NCBI GenBank assembly: GCA_023231475.1 | Contig: JALJEE010002497.1 | Coordinates: forward strand, 1-42,976 | From: Seison nebaliae | Taxonomy: Eukaryota | Reading direction: 5' to 3' | Length of the DNA stretch: 42,976 bases | Part shown: in pieces, positions 1 through 13,000 of the stretch | How positions within the stretch are numbered: position 1 is the first letter of the stretch | Layout of the letters: each line of letters starts with the position of its first letter | The notes under the pieces: generated by a model | Databases searched by the model: none | Told to the model about the DNA's origin: nothing | The model's input: only the letters and a program-made list of their open reading frames with translations | Made by a program: the position numbers and the translations under genes

Positions 1-1
1 T

Positions 2-166
2 GATCATGTTCAATCCCTTCAAAAATTATATGGAGAAATCGTCAAATTTGAAAACACGTTACAAAAGGAAGCGAGTCTTCATAATGATATGAAAGATCGA
101 AATGGTGAATCGAAAGAGAATGTAAAAGGAAAGAAAGTTGCGAATAGAAATACGGTGCGACGATAA
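2..166 (+). CDS. 3' end of a gene entering from the left edge (partial, unknown product)
   Basis: Open frame DHVQSLQKLYGEIVKFENTLQKEASLHNDMKDRNGESKENVKGKKVANRNTVRR* from the window edge to TAA at 164-166, followed by AT-rich UTR-like sequence. No recognisable motif. Confidence 0.45.
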   Translation, partial: DHVQSLQKLYGEIVKFENTLQKEASLHNDMKDRNGESKENVKGKKVANRNTVRR

Positions 167-523
167 ATTACTTTTTAAGAAATTTCAATATGTTGATTCA
201 TTTCCTTCTTCCAATCAGAAGTGAATTGGTGAATTTTGGAGAATTTTCAATTCTCAATTCAATTATTCAAACTTAATTTTTTCATTAATATAACCCACAA
301 ACATATTCAGTTTTTACGATATTACTAATTAAAATAAATTTTATTTTATCGATATTATTTTTCCTTTCCAGTCTTCTCGCAAAGTTTCTTAAATCTTTCT
401 TATCATATTATAATTTATACGATATATATTTTATTATTAAATTCTTATATAATTATCAAGATATAGTTGAGAGGAGATAAAAAGATTCTAGTAAATAAAG
501 TAAATTATCTAAATACTAAAAGT

Positions 524-3245
524 TCAAATTTCCACTTTGATCCATTGATAGATAGTAAAACTATTGACTTGAAGCAGAATATTCCATTTGAATCTAAAGA
601 AATAATGATGGATGTAAATATTTTCGATAATAATCAAAAGAGATTGAAACTTGAATTGTTCACTATCTTCCAATAATTTACCAATTGATTCTTTCTTCTC
701 ACCGTAAACGATAAAGTACACGTACTTCTTACTCAATTCATTCATTCTTAGGAGCCATGCTGGTTTAAGAGACAATTAGAAAATTGAAAGAAGAAGTGCT
801 GAATAACCTTTGGGGTTATGTACTCGATGTAGTTGGGTCATGATAATAATATCAGATATCGGTAATTCTAATGGTAACCAAGTTAACTATAAAATGAAAT
901 AGAAAATATTTTTCATGAAAAATTTATTTAAAATGAAATAAATGGAAAGTTAAGATGAAACTTGTTGATATTTAATATTTTTGTTGTTGGTCGATAGATT
1001 ATTTGGTAGAATAAGAATATTATCTTTTAAATCATATTTGTCTTTTAACAAATCACTTATGGATATTCTGATTTCATGATGTTTTACCAACAATTTTGAA
1101 TAATTAATGCATTGTTCGTAACAATCTAATCCCAAAACCTGATTATCGAATGAATAGACAGTAGATATTCGAATAACATTCACAGAATTTAACTTTTTGA
1201 AATGAATTAGAAAAAGTTTGACATAATTTTCCCCCACCACATCCAACTATCATTATTAATTCCCTATCGATATCTTTCACATTTCCAACAATACTCTCAA
1301 TTTGTTTGAACGATTCCTGAACGATCGATGACATCTTCCAATATTCGTTGATTAGTATCTCGTGAACAACATCAGGATTAGCTTCAATTCGGAATTGTTC
1401 ATTTCCAGATGGTTGAATAGTTAACCGACTAATTTTTGACAAATGATCAATATCCTCTGAAACTGAAAATAGAAAATGAAATTTTTTTAAAATTATCATA
1501 CAATTAAAAGATAACATGACGTTAAATTGGATAGATAATGAGATATCAATTTAATTCCATTATACGGTAATTCATCGGATACTCTGGTTGATTTGGCGTA
1601 ACGAAATCCACAATGTTGGAAGAAATGTCTTCGGAACATATATCGTCCGAATATCGACCCAACACTTGACCCAATAGATGCCCAGGAAGAACCCTATAAT
1701 GGGCACAATTAAATTGAATATGAAGAAAGAATTGAAAGAACGAACCAATATAATATTATGTCGACCGTCATAACAAGGTGTTGAGAAATCATCATAATAA
1801 AGGTTTGTTGAGGAGAATTTCATTTGATGATCTTTCTGAGAATGAGGGAGAGCATTATAATGGTCTTCTGTCCATTCCCAAACATTTCCGAATAAATCAT
1901 AAATATTCTTTCCATTCGGTTCATTCAAATTTACGGGAGTGGAACTGCCATAACGAAGGGAAACATTTGCATTCGATGCGCTTTTATCAGATAGGAAATC
2001 TTCTTCATATTCATTCCGCATCAATTGATGTTCTGATTCACTGATCATTCGATATTCTTCTCCTTTCCATCGACAGAATGCATTCGCTTCATGATAATTC
2101 ACTTCGACGGGCCAATTGCGTGGCATGTCCACTTCATCGAACATTAATCGGAACTTGTAAGGAAATTCTTTGTTCGTATCATCTGACACCCAGAATGTGG
2201 GATGGGTGACTTTACAATATTCTTTCCATTTCCAACCTTCATCTTTCCATAATTTCTGGTTTTCATATCCTCCATCTTTCATGAATTCCAAGAATTCTTC
2301 ATTCGTCACTTTAAATTTACTCACAGAGAATCGAGTAATTCTGATTAATTACGAGAATTAAAGTGTTTCAGAAAAAGTGTCAAATGTAAACTTCTCTTCA
2401 ACAATTCCGTATTCATTATCAAATCCGAATGTTGGATATGATTCACTTTTCCCGTATTTGACATTTCCACCATCGATCTCCACCAATTCATTCTCTACTT
2501 TTGCCTTCTCATAATCGAATGGTCCATAATTCCATAATGGTGGTTTGGAAACGTATTCGATTGGCATTTGTCGCAATAGAACTGATGACGTTTCAAAATG
2601 AATATTCTCATGTTCTACTCCCATCAAGACTGACCACTACAATAAACATTAGATTAATGAGTTTCGATTATTCATAACAATATTAACCCAAGCACTATCT
2701 TTAGTAATTGGTAATTGTAACGGTGTACGATCAATAACTTTCAAAACAAAATTGAAAATCTTTTCTCGATATTCACATACATTCTCCATCGAAGGCCATT
2801 GGAATTTATCGCCCATTCTTGAAGTGTCGACACTGTCCCATGACATCTCATCAACGCCCGTTTCCATCATGGCATCATATGTCCGATTAATCCTTTCATT
2901 TCCCTAAATATATTCCTTTAATAAGTATTCCAAAAATATCTCCAGAATGACACTAACATTCATCAAATTAGCAATTGTCATCTTGTTCATGTAAACGGCA
3001 GCTGTATGACCATAATAGAAGACGAGAGGCAATCTTAGTCGATCGGGATGAATATAAAAATATTGATCTTTATTGACACTCCAAAATAAACTGGTATATC
3101 GTTGGAATGAATCAATAAAATATTTTTTGATTTCTCTATAAACGAATTGACCTCCAATGAGGTGGAGAGAGTCAAGAAAGAATGAACTGTTTAGTTGTTG
3201 TTCGCAAGTTTGGTGGTGTCGGCGTTTGGAAACACAACGTTCCAT
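524..3245 (-). CDS. ovoA: 5-histidylcysteine sulfoxide synthase OvoA (ovothiol biosynthesis); ~9-10 exons; DinB-like + FGE-sulfatase + SAM-methyltransferase domains
   Basis: Spliced translation contains RLPLVFYYGHTAAVY, ETGVDEMSWD, the Fe-binding HENIHFETSSVLLRQ (HX3HXE), FGFDNEYG, NWPVEVNYHEANAFCRWK, GNVWEW, YDDFSTPCYDGRH, FRRHFFQHCGFR and a C-terminal VGCGGG methyltransferase region with LTWLP..NPKAWLLR. Eight GT-AG introns restore the frame, plus one probable in-frame intron near the 3' end. Confidence 0.9.
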
Positions 3246-3624
3246 TGGTCAGACAACAATACTGATCGATAGATCTCATTTCGGATAAGATTTTATGAGA
3301 GAATAATGAAATAAAATTGTTCTTTAAGATGAGTTTGAAAGTTAATTAGTTTTATATAGTAAAGTTACCATGGAAGTTCAGTGAAGGTTTAATGAGAAAA
3401 TTTATTTATTCGAGACAAATTGAGAAGCAATTATAGTGTAAATCACATAAGTTTAGTTATCGAAGGACAGTTGCCACTATTAACTATGTAACTATTGTTA
3501 CTTAATTTTCAGATCACGTGTCCCTTCATTCTAACATCATTCTAATATGATTGACTTTGAATTATATTACAAGTTCAATTTTGCCAGTGAATTCTCAATT
3601 AACATTTGTTTAATATAAATCTTC

Positions 3625-4224
3625 TCATTTTTCTCGCGATGTCACTTGGATAAATGCGGGGAAGTGAGTGAAATACATATGGAAAAAGTTGAAGAATAAT
3701 TTATAAGTCGGACTATTCATTATTTCTTCTAAGGTGTTTGTTCGATTGATTCCATCCGATACATTTTCAAAAATTTTCGTGAAATCACATTTCGCTAATC
3801 GTTCGATTTGTTTAGTGAACTCTCTCACAGTTTTCGGATAATAAGTCCATTGTAATTTTAAGATTTTGTCATGTCCATCAAATTTCACTAATAACTTTTG
3901 TAATTGTTCCACATAACGACAATGATCATCATACTGTGATGGGGCGACTATTTCACTGCGTAGTCGTCCTAACATGTCATTATGACCGACTGCATCTAAC
4001 ATGAATTTTTGAATACGAACATATCGATCGAATCGATGTAAAGAACGGAAATTTACATACGTTTCATAAGCTGCATTACTTTCCAAAGGTGTATTACATA
4101 TGATCTGTCTGGTTTCACCCGTGTCACATTCCATCGTTAATTCGCGCTGAGTATACGGCTTCTCGTACAGATAAACGTTATGCTCATTATCTCGTTCGTC
4201 GTCCTGTTCGTCAGTCTTTAACAT
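3625..4224 (-). CDS. Intronless hypothetical protein (~199 aa)
   Basis: Uninterrupted 600-nt ORF from ATG 4224 with protein-like composition in very AT-rich DNA; TATA-like element ~50 nt upstream. No family recognised with confidence. Confidence 0.65.
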   Translation of the reverse strand: MLKTDEQDDERDNEHNVYLYEKPYTQRELTMECDTGETRQIICNTPLESNAAYETYVNFRSLHRFDRYVRIQKFMLDAVGHNDMLGRLRSEIVAPSQYDDHCRYVEQLQKLLVKFDGHDKILKLQWTYYPKTVREFTKQIERLAKCDFTKIFENVSDGINRTNTLEEIMNSPTYKLFFNFFHMYFTHFPAFIQVTSREK

Positions 4225-4737
4225 TACTTTCACATTAAATATTTTATTAATAGAAGAAAGGATAGATTTGAGAATATATAAATAGAATTAATTGAAATGA
4301 TAATTTTCTTAGGGAAAAGTCAATCAAAAACCGAAATGAAATGAATTACATATTATAAAGAACATACTATTCAATACAATTTTTATTTAACTACTGTTCT
4401 GACCGCCCTCTTATCTGTATGATCTTATTTCTAAATTATCAATATTTATCAATTTATTCCATTAGAAAAAAGAGAGAATAAAATGAGAATAGTGAGCATA
4501 GTCGGGAAATGAATCACGAAAATAAGAATAGTATTATAAAAATCGATTTTTATTGAGTAGAATGACAGAAAAAAATTCTTTACTATTATCTCTCTTTATA
4601 AAGATTCTCTTATCTCGATGAAAATTCTTCTTTTAATTATTATTTCTTTCATTTTTCATTTACTTTGCGATTTACTTAACGACCGATAATTAATAGTATC
4701 CCGTCGCTAGAATTAAGGAGGATTAATATAAGTGCAT

Positions 4738-6987
4738 TTAAAGAAGAGAATTATTAACGCTGTTGCTCGTAGTACCTTGTTTCGGCGTTTTGGTTGAATT
4801 TTTTTGACTAGACAATAATCTGGATGCGTGACGTTGATTAATAATTGAAGAATTCTCTCGTTGACTATCGAAGATTGGTGGAGGGACTAACCATCAAATA
4901 AAAGAATAAATGTCAATAAATCAACTAATTAACTATGAGGTTCAGAATAATTTGCGTTTGGTTGATATTTGTCAATAATCGTCTGTCGTTGATCACTTAA
5001 AACATGAAATAATGCAGCATTCGTTGCTGCAACAGTTACTAGTGAATTAAGATTTTTATTTCCATTCGTATTGGCATTCATATTCACATGTTCATTCATT
5101 TGTTTCTGTTTCAGCGAACCATGAGTGATTTTCGGAGATTTCGTTTTTTGTGATTTTAGAGATGATTTTTTTTGCTGTACACCATTCTCATTGCTTTCGT
5201 GAATAACTGGAATTTCGGGACTGTTTCGTCGTTTGTATCCAGTCTTATCTTCACCCAATTTGTTACACGTATCCACAATACAATCCTTTATCATTTCTGT
5301 ACAAGACAAAAGCGACAAATGAAAAATATTTCCTTTAAAAATTTTTACCTTCGTCAACTAATTTTGGTGGCATCGGTGCATCAACGGGTGGTATCATTTC
5401 TGATTCAGGAATTGGTTCACATCGCAAAGTGGCATTTCCTTTAATATTATCCGTCGTTCGATCTGGCGTAGGGAAATCTGATAAAGTCGATGAAATAAGT
5501 GAATAGGAAAGAAATGGATAAACCTGTTGGTGTCTCTTTAACTGGTTTCACCTAAACAAATTAAAAAGGAAATTTCAGTTAAGTAATAATTTGTATATGA
5601 ATTTTACTTGTAAGAAAGCGATTGTATTCTGGTCTTCTCGATATAGAGGACATTCCGGCATGTGAGCCATTGGAATTAGTTCAATATTTCCATCTTTTGA
5701 CCCAACATTCTGTAGATGTTTATGTTCTCTCAATTCATCCGAGACAGGTACCGGTCGATAAATAATTTTCGCTAAAATTTTTCCATGTCGATTTAAAAAG
5801 ATTTAAAAGAAACTCGTTCCCATATAACTGCCATCTCGACGTGCATAACAATAGAAGAATGCAAATAAAAGTGAAGCCATCGTGGCGAAAAGAATGGCGG
5901 GTAACAAACAGGAAATGGCGAATGAAGTATTATAAACTGCCCAGAAATTAAAGATTCTAATTATTATGGAAATGTGAAACTATTAAAATCTTCATATTCT
6001 CTTGTTGCAGTTATTGGATGGATACCTGGAAATTGAATGATAAATTTATAAAATTAATGATTAGATTGGAACCCATATATTTCGGATGTATTCCAGTTTC
6101 GCATCCTTTGTTTGACGCTGCGAATATGAAGTCATTTGGATAATCGAATAAACATGCCAATTGAACTTCTTCATTCTCGATTGGTATAGTCTTCAAACAC
6201 TTCTGCTTAAATTCATCCTTCACAATATGAACTGAACAATTTCTAGCAGTTCCAGATATCTCATTTCCTAATCGACATTATCAATCAATCTATTTATAGA
6301 AATTATTTTTAACTGTTAATTGTCATTCGGATTTTCGGTGTTAATTGTTGACTAGACCAATGTTCATTTCTTCGATATCTCATTCCATATTGTACACCGC
6401 ATGTCAATTGGAGACCTTCTCTTTGGTCCACTTCACAAGTAAATTCTAGAAAAATCATATTTATCGTTCTTCTACATGCTTCTCAAGAAAGAAAAGAATG
6501 AACCAGAGACGATATGAAATCGATATGCAACTTGTACGAAGTTGTTTATTAAAATGATTTTTGAATGAATATCGGAACGAATTCTTAAGATGACGAGATG
6601 TGTATTATTGAGGTAAATGGAATCTATGAGTTTTTGAATTTTTGCTTCTTTCGTGTACGATCGTGTAAAGTCACTCACCTCTTGTACTGGCTAAAAGAAA
6701 TGAATTTGATAGAATTATTAGAATTTGATTCTATTATTAACAGTTATTCCTCTCGAAATAAACCAATTACCTCGAATGCCTGGCATCCATAAATTTTCAT
6801 TTTCTTTCACAACTATCGTTTTTAATTCTGTCGATAATCTCAAGTCGTCGTTGGTTGGAACTTTTTGGTTTGTAAATAAAATTCATAAATGTGAGAGATG
6901 GTGGAAGAAAATGGAACTTTTCCTCGTTGTACAAATTATGAAATGGAAAAGTTGAAGTAGAATAGTAATAGAATAAATCAATCTCAT
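4738..6987 (-). CDS. Orphan single-pass type I membrane protein (~12 exons)
   Basis: Manual splicing of 11 short GT-AG introns gives one continuous frame: signal peptide MRLIYSITILLQLFHFIIC, Cys-containing ectodomain, TM segment FAISCLLPAILFATMASLLFAFFYCYA followed by RR, and a low-complexity cytoplasmic tail ending at TAA 4738-4740. Confidence 0.7.
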
Positions 6988-7166
6988 TTTCTACATTGAT
7001 AAATTCGCATTGTCAAAAAACATTTGCAGAATAATTTTTATTTAGTGAAGAAGAAGGAATAATGTCTCAATTTAGTCTTAAATAATTTTTATTTCTTAAA
7101 ATTCAAAATTAATTTATAACAAATTAGTTTTCTTTGTCAGTCCATCAATTTTGCGCTCGAATTTAT

Positions 7167-9448
7167 TTACGCGAACGATTTTTTTATTAATCGTTCCACA
7201 TTCAACTCGAGATATGTCACCACATTCTTCAATTCGAATGAATGAACAACCGTCGGATGAATTATGCCAAACTCTCCCACAAACTCTTTTCCCTCCAAAT
7301 AAACGCCACAACAACGATCTTGTAAGTAAGTTGGATGATCGATCAATTTCAATTGATATTTCTTCAAATTTAACATTTCCATCAATCTTCCTAACAATCC
7401 ATGGATCATTGTAAAATTGGAGACGTTATCGATATTTATAGCGGCTAAATGTCGCCTATTTCTCCCACCGGTTTCTAAGAAGAAATTAGAGAAAAATCAA
7501 TTTGAAAAAAATCTCACCAGACTTTCCGTCGATAAAAACTATATCAGAAATTTCGAATAAATTCATGGGAATTGAATGGTGTTTATTTGATGAGATGGTT
7601 TTGAGTAGTCCAGATAATAATGTTGTTCGAACAACTTCGAAATCGATCGTTTTCGGATTCTTTAAAATAACTGCTTTCTCATATTCATTTAATGTATGAA
7701 ATTTCTTCTCAGAATTCTCCTTTTTCAAGTTCAATTTTGATGTAATATCATTCATCGATAATAAAGTGAATGTGATGATTTCCGTGAAGGAATTCATTCC
7801 CATTTCTATTCTTAATGATTCTGTCAATTTATTTAACAAAGTCTGTTTGGCAGTAGTGGGAACGAGAGGCATTTCTGGCTGGAGATTATTATATCCGAAT
7901 GCGATTGCCACATCTTCAACAATGTCGACTGAATGGAGAACGTCGGGTCGTGTAGGAGGAATGATAATTTTCATGATATTATCTCTTAAAACCAATTTTG
8001 ATGACTCTATATCGTAGCCCATACGATGAAGTAATTTCTGACACGATGTCTTGTCAATTTCACTTCCTATTAATTTGTTGATATTCAACAATTCAATATC
8101 CATCTCCCGATAATCCATTTCCGGTGTAATTTGTTCTGAACCGTCCGAATAAATTACTTGACATTTCTCGTAACTAAATTAATTTGAATATAAATAAATT
8201 TATAGTTTTTTTAATTAAATAATTTAAAGTTAATTAACTGATATGACTCGGGTGTGGTATATTCACTGAACATGGAACACATCATATTGAGAACGATGTT
8301 CGTCTTGTGTAAATCAGTTCCTGTACATTCGATAAATACATTTTTAGTTTTTAACGAAATTTTCGAATGTTCTCCTGTTTGGTAAGAATTATGAGAAATG
8401 AGAGAAATCAATCATCCGAACCGTTGATCAATGGTGGAACGGATAAAACTACACCGTTCTTGTCTCTGATAACTGGGAAATATTTTTTGTCTTCAATTAT
8501 GGGGACATATTTCTTGAGATTCCGATCATTCTTCAAATCGTCAATCATTTCTAATCCATCCATTTCTTTCGTTCGTTTTAGTGGAATAAATTTGATGTTT
8601 TCTGGTACTTCTCCTCCATAAGTGAATGGTGCATGAATTGTATCTAAATCATGCGTTCCTATGGCAACTAAAGATCGTTGTCTAAATAAAAGAAATTTTT
8701 CATAAATTTTCTCAACAAATAAAGAAGGAAACTTGCATAAATTCTGATGAAGTTTATCTTGCAAATCGATAAATCGTTGATATGATGATTCGGTGAAATT
8801 AACATTTCTTAAAATTCCACAAACGACATATGGTCGAATGGATTTGATCTATCCAAATTAATTATATCATTAAAAATAAAAATTGTTTTAATTTTCATCG
8901 GAACTTCAGAGGAAACAGTCATTCTGATTTGAGACGACGATTGATCTTCAATAAATTTGGGTAATTTTTCAATTCTATAAAAAGTGAGTTGAATTTGAAG
9001 ATTTTGAAAGAATACTGAGCTTTTCATGGAACAATGCTAATGAGCGAGAAAGACCTTCAAGACACAAGAGATCATATCTTGAAATTAGGAAATTTCAATA
9101 AATTCAAGAAATGAGAAGAAGAAACCGATTTGCAGGTAATTCCACTTTGTAGATTGTTTCATCTGAATAATTCGCTAATTCCTCATTCGTCAAATGAGAC
9201 GATTCCAATTTCTTTATTTGTCTCTCAGACGTCTAACAAATATTTGTTGTGAATAATTTGAGAGATGACATACTCAAATCAACTAACAACATCATCCAAT
9301 TCTAAACCGAAATCGAAACATTCCTTCTCGAACTCTTCATCATCTATGAAGCAAATGAAATTGTCATTAAAAATCGATGTTTAACCAAACCGTAATTGAT
9401 ATTTAATCGAGAACATAACTCATTTTTATTTATCGAAATTATCGGCAT
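7167..9448 (-). CDS. FARSB: Phenylalanine--tRNA ligase beta subunit (10 exons)
   Basis: Spliced motifs [133 protein letters not shown]. Nine introns, one of them GC-AG. Confidence 0.95.
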
Positions 9449-10046
9449 GATTCCGTGGGAATTTCTTCAAAACTTTCTAGTGAATCTTTTGAAAATGTGT
9501 GATGGAAATATGAATTACGTATTATTGGCTAACAATTCAACCAAAATTTCATTTCCATTAAAATGAGTTATAAAAATATTTTAAGTTCATCAATTGTAAT
9601 GCTTCAATGATGACTTGAGCGTTGAACTGTAACATTATTTAACCAATTTTGAGAATTGTATTTTGTTCAGTAAGAGGCATGTGGTTTTATTTCATCTTTT
9701 CATCGTTCATCAACGCATCGATTGTAATAAAAATATCGTTTGATTTCTTTTTTTACCTGATGTCCAACAAAATAGAACGACTTGATAGAATTATAGAATA
9801 GAAGAAAATAGGTAATATTTCAGTGATATAATTCTAATTTTTTAAAAATTTTTTAATCGAATAATTATGTTATTATATAGTAATATTATGATACAGTGCA
9901 AGGTTCATATACAATGTATGAGGGATAATAAGTGAATTTTAATTTTATTACGAAATTAATTTTATAAAAGAAAATGGATATTAGTCAAAGTTGTTGTAAA
10001 AAAAGTGGAATTTTTTATTCTATGCTACTTTTGATAAATAATTAAA

Positions 10047-13000
10047 TTAACGAAATTGATTCGGTTGTTGTACAAATTGTTGTTGTTGTTGGAATTGTTG
10101 TTGTTGTGGTGGTGCAGCTTGTTGGAATTGTTGTTGTTGTTGTGGTGGTGGTGCAGCTTGTTGGAATTGTTGTTGTTGTTGTGGTGGTGGAGGACCTTGT
10201 TGGTATTGTTGTTGTGGTGGTGGAGGGCCTTGTTGATATTGTTGTTGTTGTTGTTGTTGTTGTGGTTGTAAGAGATGGGATCGTTGTTGTAAATAATTTT
10301 GTAATCTTTGCGATAATGTATTGACTTCATTGAGGAAGCCAGCAATGATGAATTCTTTACCACCATCCATTATCAATGCTCTTGATGCAGGAATTCCACA
10401 AGCTGTTGAAGTGAAATAATGCCAATCTTCTCCATTGTTCTGTTGCATTATTCCAGCAGTGCCACCACCTACAGGTATCTTCTGTTCAACAAATATCTTA
10501 TTCATACGTGAAACGGCTTTATTCGCCTTCCTATCATTCACCCCATACATTACTGGAACTTCGATGGCTGAAGGATTTGGTGGAGCATCGGGTGGAACGG
10601 GTGATCCATTCATTGTCACTGTAACTGTATCGACAACTGCTTCCAGTTTTTGCATTTTCAAATAATCGGAAACTGAATCCATATTTTCTTGAACAAAATA
10701 TCTCATGGGTGGAGAGATTGGCCATTGCACCGAAGATACTTCTCGAAAGAATGCACGTAATTCTTGACCGGCTTGCTGAACAATTTCGGCCGCATTTTCC
10801 GATGTAATTTGTGTATTCTTTTTTGGATTTGTGACAACGGCCAAAGTTAGTTCTCCTTTATCTGGATCAGTCGTTAGTCGAAGATTTGGGAATTTTTTTT
10901 TCAAATCTTTTAATAAACGATGAGATTGTTCAATCAAGACTAATTGTGCATCTTGTAAACCTGAAAATTGATGTTTATGAATGAAAGAGAAAATATTAAA
11001 TTTCGTTTTATGTTCATAAAATAACCGTCCATTTTCGCTTCAGCTAATGCATACGCTCCATTTCCATAATCAACATGTTGATATTGGTCCTGAGGTGGTG
11101 GTTGTTGCGGCTGTTGATACATCTGTTGGGGTGGTGGTGCTTGTTGATGATATCCATTTCCATTCAATGACATACCGTTCAGATTAGTTGCTAAGTTTTG
11201 CATATTTGCTACGATTGATTGATTTTGATTTTTTTGTTTTTTATTATTATTATTATTGTTCCGGTTCAATTGAGCGTATTTTTTTTGCATCCTATTATTG
11301 GAAGCACGCTTATCCCGACGAACTACTTTACCTTTCGTCGATCGTTTCTTAGTGTGACTAATCAATGACGGTGCTCTTTCCTTCAATTGTGTCGATACAG
11401 GTACTTCGGACGGGAAAGAAAAATTCTCTGCAGCTTCAATTAATGAAATACTCTCCTTATTAGCGTTGTTGTTATGACTTTTATTTTTTTCCTGATGATG
11501 ATGACGATGATTATTATTATTAGAATGATTATCGAATTTCTGTGTGAAATTATTATCTTCAAGTTTCGATGTTGAAGAATGAAAAGAGGTGGAAGAATTT
11601 CCTTCTTTTTTCAACAAACGAATTCTTTCATCTAATAATCGTTTTAATCCGTCAGGTGTTGGATGAACTTGTTTAATTGAAGTTTCAGGAAATTGTTCCT
11701 TTCCCATCAGTTCATGATACTTTGATACATTCAATTCTTGATCTCTAAGTACATGCTTTCGAGTTAAAACAGCAGTTACAGCTCTCGTCTCACGGAAAGT
11801 TACATAAGCCTGATGACTCTCGTCGTCTAATAAGACACCAATAACGGGTGAAATATTCTTTCCACTACTACATGAGGGGACACCGCTACGTTTGTGATTG
11901 GAGAAATATAGTTCCAAAACATCGCCGCTAATATCTGATGGAATATTCTCAACGAAAAGAGTTGTGGGAAATGGTGTCTGACGGAGTTGGATGGATGAAC
12001 CACTTAAAGTAGGTCGAAGTTCTTGCTTCTTCTTTATATCATGAAAATCTATTTTGAAAGAAAGAAAGTGGAAAGATAAAAAAATGTTAGTGAATAGGGA
12101 AGATTAAATATATATTTAGCGACATCATCTACCGACAAGTAATCCTTGATTTCGGTCGAATGAGTTTCTACAATTCATCCTAATCGCGATATGTCGAGTG
12201 AATAGTGCAGATGATAACTAACCGATGACGTCATTAAATGTTATCATTACCGTTGATGGATGCTCGTTACTCCATTGTGTCTTTTCGATTTCAAGATGTT
12301 CATCGATAATTCGTTCGACGTACAGTTCAATTACCTTCGTTAATTGTCGACAGATTCAAACGAATCGAGAAAGATGAAGAGAACATTAAAAAAGTTTAAC
12401 ATGAAATCAGTTCTTTTCTAATTCGACTACTCTCATTATTATACACGCTCATCAAAAATCTGTTTCCCTTAACATATCAACATTGTCATGTCGCCTTTTG
12501 TTTTATAATCTCATGTTGTACTGATAAGATTGTAACTAACTTCTTTCGATGTTTTTGGTGGAATATTTAAAAGAATTATTCTTTGTGGATCAAATTCTTC
12601 TAATTTATTACTTAGTCTCTGAATGTTCAATTTCATTTTATGAAAGTCAATTTCATTTCGAAGACATACTCGTCGCGCATCGTTGATACTGGAAAAGAAC
12701 AGCTTCAACTTTCCATATTCAGGAACATCCCAATAATCGATTGGACCACCTCCAGTTTTGTTTCTATCAGAAAAAAATGTAACTATTTTGTCAGGTGTAA
12801 TCGTTCTTGGAATGTTCGATATCAGAACGGCCTTTTCACTCACTGATCCATTTGAATTATCGTTCGTATAATTATTTGCAGAAATGGAAGTGGCTAGAAA
12901 GTTTTTGAAAGAAAATAAGAAAACAAAATTTTAAGAGATTAACCGAGATTCATATTCTGTAAAATTTGTTCAATATCTTGATCGTTAAAATCAGTGTCAT

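Noticed and set aside
9605..9762. ATGATGA ... CTGA pair suggesting a C/D snoRNA
   Set aside because: About 150 nt apart with a weak terminal stem and no guide sequence I could recognise; such motifs are common in AT-rich DNA.
10025..10366. Alternative-frame ORFs (poly-N/H, poly-L/W, poly-V) over the poly-Q repeat
   Set aside because: Shadow ORFs produced by stop-free trinucleotide repeats.
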